Source: Candidatus Bathyarchaeia archaeon | GTDB taxonomy: Archaea > Thermoproteota > Bathyarchaeia > Bathyarchaeales > Bathycorpusculaceae | NCBI GenBank assembly: GCA_049516875.1 | Contig: JBEKSS010000001.1 | Location: forward strand, 32,001 to 96,000 | DNA length: 64,000 nt | Direction: 5' to 3' | Shown here: one piece after another, positions 58,769 to 64,000 of the stretch | Position numbering within the stretch: position 1 is the stretch's first letter | How the letters are laid out: every line of letters starts with the position of its first letter | Position numbers and translations under genes: made by a program | The notes under the pieces: generated by a model | The model's database searches: none | Told to the model about the DNA's origin: nothing | The model's input: the letters and a program-made list of their open reading frames with translations, nothing else

Positions 58769-59689
58769 CTACGGCTGACCACTACTGTACTTCTCAGCGA
58801 ACTGCATAAACCCCTGCACACTGTTGTTAAGAACGGTTTCATTCAACACGGAGTGAGCTTCAATGAATTTCACAGCCTTTCGAATCTGATCATCACTTTC
58901 AATAATCTTTTGGCGCACCTCTTCAAAGCTTCGCTTTTCTTCTATTCCTTGTCTTGCAATCTTACTCCATAGTCGCAGTTGCTCAGCGTATGCCTGAAGT
59001 CTTCCAACAGGATTGGATGCCTCTCCAAAATGACTGTAGTACAGAGCCCTCGGTTTCAGGCTGATCAGCTTGTCCAAAGATGCTAACGCGGTGTCAAGCC
59101 GAAAAGGTGCGGGTGTCGTTGGCACAATAGTATCAAATTCCCTCAGATAAATGCCAGCCGCATCTCCTGGAAACAGTCCGCGGCCCAAAGTTTCATAGTA
59201 GCTCTGATGATGTGAAGCATGGCCGAGAGTTTCTACAACTCTTAACTTGACGTTTTTTCCAAGGTCAAAGGTCATGCCATCCTCTGCCGCGATGATTCTT
59301 TCAAGCGGAACAGGTTCAGGCTCACCGTATAACTCCGTTATCTTGCCAAGAACCTCCCTCGACTGCTGCCAAAGCTTCTCAGGATTGGCCAAGTGAGGCG
59401 CGCCCTTCTGATGTACGATGACCTTTGCGTTAGGTAGACTTTTCAACAGGGTTCCAGCACCTCCCCCATGGTCAAGGTGAATGTGCGAAACAGCAACATA
59501 GGCAACGTCTTCCAGTTTGACGCCGAGTTTCTTGAGACCAGAAAGGAGGTTAGGCACCGAAGAAGTCGGACCTGTCTCAACGATTGCAGTGCTTTTCCCC
59601 TTCAAAACATAGCTTGCAATGAAGTTTTCGAAGCCAGCCGTTTCAACATCAATCAAATCGACGTGGTCTTCAAGTTTTGTCATGCGCAT
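58769..59689 (-). CDS. MBL-fold metallo-hydrolase
   Basis: SHIHLDHGGG, GHASHH, GDA, SHFG. Confidence 0.9.
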   Translation of the reverse strand: MRMTKLEDHVDLIDVETAGFENFIASYVLKGKSTAIVETGPTSSVPNLLSGLKKLGVKLEDVAYVAVSHIHLDHGGGAGTLLKSLPNAKVIVHQKGAPHLANPEKLWQQSREVLGKITELYGEPEPVPLERIIAAEDGMTFDLGKNVKLRVVETLGHASHHQSYYETLGRGLFPGDAAGIYLREFDTIVPTTPAPFRLDTALASLDKLISLKPRALYYSHFGEASNPVGRLQAYAEQLRLWSKIARQGIEEKRSFEEVRQKIIESDDQIRKAVKFIEAHSVLNETVLNNSVQGFMQFAEKYSSGQP

Positions 59690-59783
59690 CTGCTTATCAT
59701 CCGCTTCATTTCTGGGAACCCTAGCGGCAACTGACTGCTTAAACGTTTTCATCACAAGAATACAGCATTTACAGTGGATCTGA

Positions 59784-60014
59784 TTATTTGCGGGGCTTCT
59801 TTTTCTGCTGTTGCTCCTCTTCAACTGCAGGTTCTTCGGCGCCAAGAAGCACTCTCAACGACTTCACTTCCTCTCTCAGCATGCCGACCTCGCTTTCCAG
59901 AGCTTTCGCCTTTGAGTCCGCCATCTTCTTGAGTTCCTCAATCTCCAGCAGAAGATTCTTGCGTTCATTTTCCAAGTTTCTAAGCCGTTCTACTACGTTT
60001 TTAAAATTGCTCAT
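59784..60014 (-). CDS. Small coiled-coil protein
   Basis: Heptad-rich 76 aa. Confidence 0.7.
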   Translation of the reverse strand: MSNFKNVVERLRNLENERKNLLLEIEELKKMADSKAKALESEVGMLREEVKSLRVLLGAEEPAVEEEQQQKKKPRK

Positions 60015-60105
60015 GAACTCGACGCGTCCAACATTCCCTTCTCTGCTTCATACTAGCCGTTCAGGCAGATTTAAGATTTTTGCAAACAAGCCTTTGAGCG
60101 ATTTC

Positions 60106-60543
60106 TCATATGTCCAGAATGAATTTCAGTGTTACTCTTCCGGGTTCTTTGACGATCTCCATGCGGTGATAGGTGACGGCTTTGACGCCTACCTTCTGCA
60201 GATGTCTTTTTGGGTTGAACTTTTCTCCCCAAATCCTTGCTTCAAGCCTGAAACCATTTGCAGACTTTCCGATGTGTAGGATTCTGAATTTGGAGTAGAG
60301 CATCCGGTTCGTTTCAGACTTTATAAGCAAGGCTTCAAGCCAACTGTAGAGCAGGCTATACTCATCCTCGCCTTCAACCTCGACCGAGTCCTCAACCTTT
60401 GAACGTACGTTTTCAACCTCGGTCATCACGTCAAACATTGCAACCGCAGCATTCTCGAAAGCCTCAGCCAAATCCTTACCGTAGGCAGCGATGTACGCGT
60501 CTGCAGTGTGCTCCAGAAATTCATAGCCCTTTTTGTCGTCCAA
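60106..60543 (-). CDS. Archease
   Basis: YEFLEHTAD, VKAVTYH, ILDI; TTG start. Confidence 0.93.
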   Translation of the reverse strand: MDDKKGYEFLEHTADAYIAAYGKDLAEAFENAAVAMFDVMTEVENVRSKVEDSVEVEGEDEYSLLYSWLEALLIKSETNRMLYSKFRILHIGKSANGFRLEARIWGEKFNPKRHLQKVGVKAVTYHRMEIVKEPGRVTLKFILDI

Positions 60544-60648
60544 CCGTCTGACCGTGAGAATAATGAAGTGTTTGGTTTTAAAACGATTTTGCATCTCGCT
60601 CAAAGTGAAAAACCTTAATTCAAGCACCAGCCAAGTTGACTCACAGTC

Positions 60649-61638
60649 TTGGAGGCTCAACGGGCATTGAAAAAAGAAACCCCCGTTCCGCAAATCGTTC
60701 TAGCCTACTTTGCCATTGCCTTTGCCGTTCTTTTGATCGCTTATCTTTTTCCTGGACAAGACGAATCTCTCGCTTCAGTTCCAGTCCTCATGTCGCTTCT
60801 TTTGTTGATTCCACTCTACATGTGGTACAGAGATTACAGGCGGAAGAGAGAGCTTTCGAAAGAGATATGTGCAAGAAACAACAATGAAGCCATTTTCTGG
60901 GTTTTCGCACTTTTCCTTTTGGCAATGTTTGTTCGACTCCCGTCGGTTGTGGTTCTCGGTGTGCCGTTTGAAAAGATTCCTGTGATTTTTCTCACAATTT
61001 CAATGATAGTCGTCATCGAGAGAACGAACCCTTCCGCTTTTGGTTTCACCGTTAAAAAACCTGGAAGATCACTCCTTTACGGAGTATCGTTCTTCCTCAC
61101 GATGAACATACTTGCGACGGTCATCAATTATCTGCTCATCTACGGCCTCACCAACCAAATGCCGTTCGAAACGTTCACCCCTACTCCTTCCCTGCTGGTG
61201 CTGCCCTTCATGACCTTGTGCGTGGGCATTTGCGAGGAAGGACTCTTTAGAGGATACATGCAGACTCATCTTGAAAAAATCTTCAGAGTGACAGATGCCA
61301 TACTTGTCCAGGCAATTCTGTTCGGAGCCTGGCACTTGGTCTGGGATCTTTCTCCGTTCAACCCGTTTGACATGGCACAGCGAGTTTTGACTACATTCAT
61401 CATAGGACTGCTCTTCGGCTACTTCTACAGCAAAACAAGAAGTCTGACGCCGCTAATTCTTGCTCACGGCCTTTGGGACAGCGTTGCGTTGGGAATAGTT
61501 GAAAGTCAATCGGCCTTCGGGGTCCTTGGAGCGTCGCCGTTGGGTAGAGCGCTGGTTTTCCTCCTGTCATATGCAATTGCAGCACTGGTGACTTTCTTCT
61601 TCATAAGGTACTTCGTGAAAAGGATCAACGGCGCCTAA
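60649..61638 (+). CDS. CPBP family intramembrane metalloprotease
   Basis: EEGLFRG, FGAWH, HGLWD. Confidence 0.9.
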   Translation: MEAQRALKKETPVPQIVLAYFAIAFAVLLIAYLFPGQDESLASVPVLMSLLLLIPLYMWYRDYRRKRELSKEICARNNNEAIFWVFALFLLAMFVRLPSVVVLGVPFEKIPVIFLTISMIVVIERTNPSAFGFTVKKPGRSLLYGVSFFLTMNILATVINYLLIYGLTNQMPFETFTPTPSLLVLPFMTLCVGICEEGLFRGYMQTHLEKIFRVTDAILVQAILFGAWHLVWDLSPFNPFDMAQRVLTTFIIGLLFGYFYSKTRSLTPLILAHGLWDSVALGIVESQSAFGVLGASPLGRALVFLLSYAIAALVTFFFIRYFVKRINGA

Positions 61639-62093
61639 ACTGCGCCTCGACCGAGGGCAGCAAGAATTTCAACAGCCTTCTTCACTAGAACGGTGCATTT
61701 CTCTTCAAACACGTCCTCTTCATGAGCCTTTCTAAGCTGCTTTGCATCAGAAAGATCGAACCCGATGAGCTCTCGACACATGACGTTTCCATTCTGTTTC
61801 TCAAATTGCCTATAGAACCTTTTCGCAAGCTTGTAGGCGTTAGAACGCTTTTCCGCTGAGGGTTCGTTGGTTCCATACTTTATTCCGATAGCCATCAAGC
61901 CTCCAGTCAGAGCCCCGCAAACGGAACCACACCTTCCCATTCCTCCACCAAAAGCAGTGGCAACCTTGGGGACCAGTTCACTCTTGCTGTTCCAATGTTC
62001 AAACATCGTCAACAGAACACTCTGGGAACAGTTATACCCGTCATCTCTGAAGTGCTTCACAGCCTTTACACCAATCGAGTCTTCATGATTCAT
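61635..62093 (-). CDS. C_GCAxxG_C_C family protein
   Basis: YNCSQSV, VCGALTG, CREL. Confidence 0.88.
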   Translation of the reverse strand: MNHEDSIGVKAVKHFRDDGYNCSQSVLLTMFEHWNSKSELVPKVATAFGGGMGRCGSVCGALTGGLMAIGIKYGTNEPSAEKRSNAYKLAKRFYRQFEKQNGNVMCRELIGFDLSDAKQLRKAHEEDVFEEKCTVLVKKAVEILAALGRGAV

Positions 62094-62290
62094 CAGCTTC
62101 ACACCATCTTCCACGGCACTAGCACTCGAGACATACGTTGAGATATGTTTTGTGGGAACCATTTTATGTTTGACACATCATGCTTTGTCGGAGATGGAGA
62201 TACAAGCCAAGGCAACACTTCTTGATATCGGAGCACGCGAACGAGAGAAGTGGCACGCCGTATCTTGTTGGTTATGCGTCAAAGACGGAG

Positions 62291-63337
62291 CTAGAAGTGT
62301 TTCGGGATTTTTCTGATTGCGGCAACGGTCAGTTTCACGGTGTTTTCCACGTCGGTTAGGCTGAGGAGCGATGTTGGGCTGTGAATGTAACGTGTTGGTA
62401 TGCAGATGCTGCAGCTGGGCACTCCCTCTCTTACCAATGAGATGCGTCCGGCGTCTGTTCCTCCTGGCAAGCCTGCCTCAAGTTGGTAAGGAATTTTGTT
62501 CTCCTCCGCCACTTCTGTCAACAGTCTCAGCACCTTTGGATGTGATATGTGCAGGGAATCAGCAATCAACAACGACGGGCCTTTCTTGAGTTTGGTCGGG
62601 GCCTCAACTTCCTTGACTCCCGGGATGTCGCCGGCCACCGTCACGTCAAGCGCAAGTCCAACATCAGGATAGATTCCGAAGGCAGAGGTTGTTGCCCCGC
62701 GCGCGCCCACTTCCTCCTGCACCGTTCCCACAGCGTAAACCGTGCACTCCGTCTTCTGCAAACGCTTCAAAACCTCAATCATCGCGGTGCATCCGACCCT
62801 GTCGTCGAAAGCCTTGCCAATCACTATGTCCTTGTTGATCGCGACAAATTTCACGTCGAACCCCATCGGGTCACCGATTTTCACGCCCATTCTCTTGGCC
62901 TCCTCTTGACTGCCAGCTCCAATGTCGATGAACAACTCATCATAAGGGATGACCCTCTTGCGTTCATCTTCCTTTTGTATGTGGGGAGGCTTCGAACCTA
63001 TGATCCCGTGCAAAGGCCCTTTCTCAGTGTACACCATCACTTTCTGCGCCAGCAAAACCCGATCGTCTATTCCGCCTATTTTCGCGAACTGCAGATAACC
63101 CTCTTTCGAAACCGTCTTCACCAACAAACCGATTTCGTCCATGTGACCAGCAAGCATCACTTTAGGGGCGTTCTTCCCCCCCTCCTTAATCCCAATCACG
63201 TTACCCAGCTTATCCTCCTTGACCTCATCCACGTACGGCTTCAACAGTTTAAGCATCAAACTTCGAACTTCCTCTTCCCTGCCTGCAACTCCACAAGCAT
63301 TACAGAGCTTTTCCAAAATGTCAACTGATACCAACAT
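62291..63337 (-). CDS. M42 family (TET-like) aminopeptidase
   Basis: HMDEIG, DDRVG, QEEVG, GGTDA, RYIHS. Confidence 0.93.
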   Translation of the reverse strand: MLVSVDILEKLCNACGVAGREEEVRSLMLKLLKPYVDEVKEDKLGNVIGIKEGGKNAPKVMLAGHMDEIGLLVKTVSKEGYLQFAKIGGIDDRVLLAQKVMVYTEKGPLHGIIGSKPPHIQKEDERKRVIPYDELFIDIGAGSQEEAKRMGVKIGDPMGFDVKFVAINKDIVIGKAFDDRVGCTAMIEVLKRLQKTECTVYAVGTVQEEVGARGATTSAFGIYPDVGLALDVTVAGDIPGVKEVEAPTKLKKGPSLLIADSLHISHPKVLRLLTEVAEENKIPYQLEAGLPGGTDAGRISLVREGVPSCSICIPTRYIHSPTSLLSLTDVENTVKLTVAAIRKIPKHF

Positions 63338-63492
63338 AAGCCCTCTTAATGAGTACCTAGAACTAATGTGTTTCATATTAAACAATTGCGGTTTTCTGCG
63401 ACAAGAGAGAACCCAACTCTGGGCCAAACTGGCCCCAAAAAACGCATACGCCATAAATAGCAGTTAAGATGACTAAAAGAGGGCAATAGAGC

Positions 63493-64000
63493 ATGATTCT
63501 GAAGGCCGTGCTTTTTGACCTGCATGACACATTAGTCCACCTCGAAAACCCGTTAAGTTCAGAGGAGGTCTCAGAATTCCTGTTGGAGCACGGCTATGAA
63601 GTTTATCCCCAGTCTTGGGACGCCGCATCCCATTATGTAGGCATGGTAGACTACCCAAAACGGGGATACCGCAACAGACAAGCTTTTCTTAAGCAGGTTT
63701 TGCATCGACTTGACACTAAAATTGACAGTGAAAGCTTACAGGGTCTTGCGCTACTCCACAATCGCCGCAACGCTTACACCCTGTTTCCAGACGCTGTTCC
63801 CGCCGTCCTTAGAGCCAAACAGCTCGGTATGAAAACTGCCATCATCACTACCATCCCAGACTTCGTCTTCGACGCTGCAATAAAGCCCATCAAAGACCAC
63901 TTTGACGTGATTATGACAGGCTACAAAGCAGGCTGCGAAAAATCCAACCCGCTAATGCACAGGAAAACCCTCAAGGAACTTGACGTCATCCCAGACCAAG
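63493..64000 (+). CDS. HAD-family hydrolase, runs off window
   Basis: Manual translation MILKAVLFDLHDTL...LFPDA...CEKSNP. Confidence 0.8.
   Translation, partial: MILKAVLFDLHDTLVHLENPLSSEEVSEFLLEHGYEVYPQSWDAASHYVGMVDYPKRGYRNRQAFLKQVLHRLDTKIDSESLQGLALLHNRRNAYTLFPDAVPAVLRAKQLGMKTAIITTIPDFVFDAAIKPIKDHFDVIMTGYKAGCEKSNPLMHRKTLKELDVIPDQ

Noticed and set aside
1111-63328. Long antisense or alternate-frame ORFs (e.g. 1111-1797, 10204-10767, 29852-30709, 42670-43215, 62549-63328)
   Set aside because: Shadows of well-supported genes with no motifs of their own.

Overview
Archaeal chromosome segment, most likely Bathyarchaeia (inferred from archaeal LeuRS, HisRS, EF-2, EndA, RtcB, archease, AfpA, an eL22-like protein and intron-containing tRNAs). 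Housekeeping blocks (leuS, hisS-endA-mtnA, nop2-nip7, fusA, mtnP-apt, rtcB-archease) are interleaved with two accessory zones, about 12.0-16.6 kb just downstream of a two-intron tRNA-Arg and about 46.7-53.4 kb. Both zones are divided into gene-sized units by 11 copies of a quasi-palindromic site, consensus GGGGTAAAGTTTTATCCCC. In several units the unique sequence just inside the two bounding sites is mutually complementary, so closing the unit into a circle would rebuild a near-perfect hairpin. One unit carries a frameshifted Cas1-solo (casposase-like) remnant and an HNH nuclease. This is the best candidate for an undescribed system: a cassette array with casposon- or integron-like features whose recombinase is not intact in this window. 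Also present are a MITE family whose ends lie exactly 5 nt from GCGCGC, a four-copy double-palindrome repeat, two paralogous unannotated basic microproteins with conserved 3' sequence, and a candidate structured RNA. All analysis was by eye, with no database searches.
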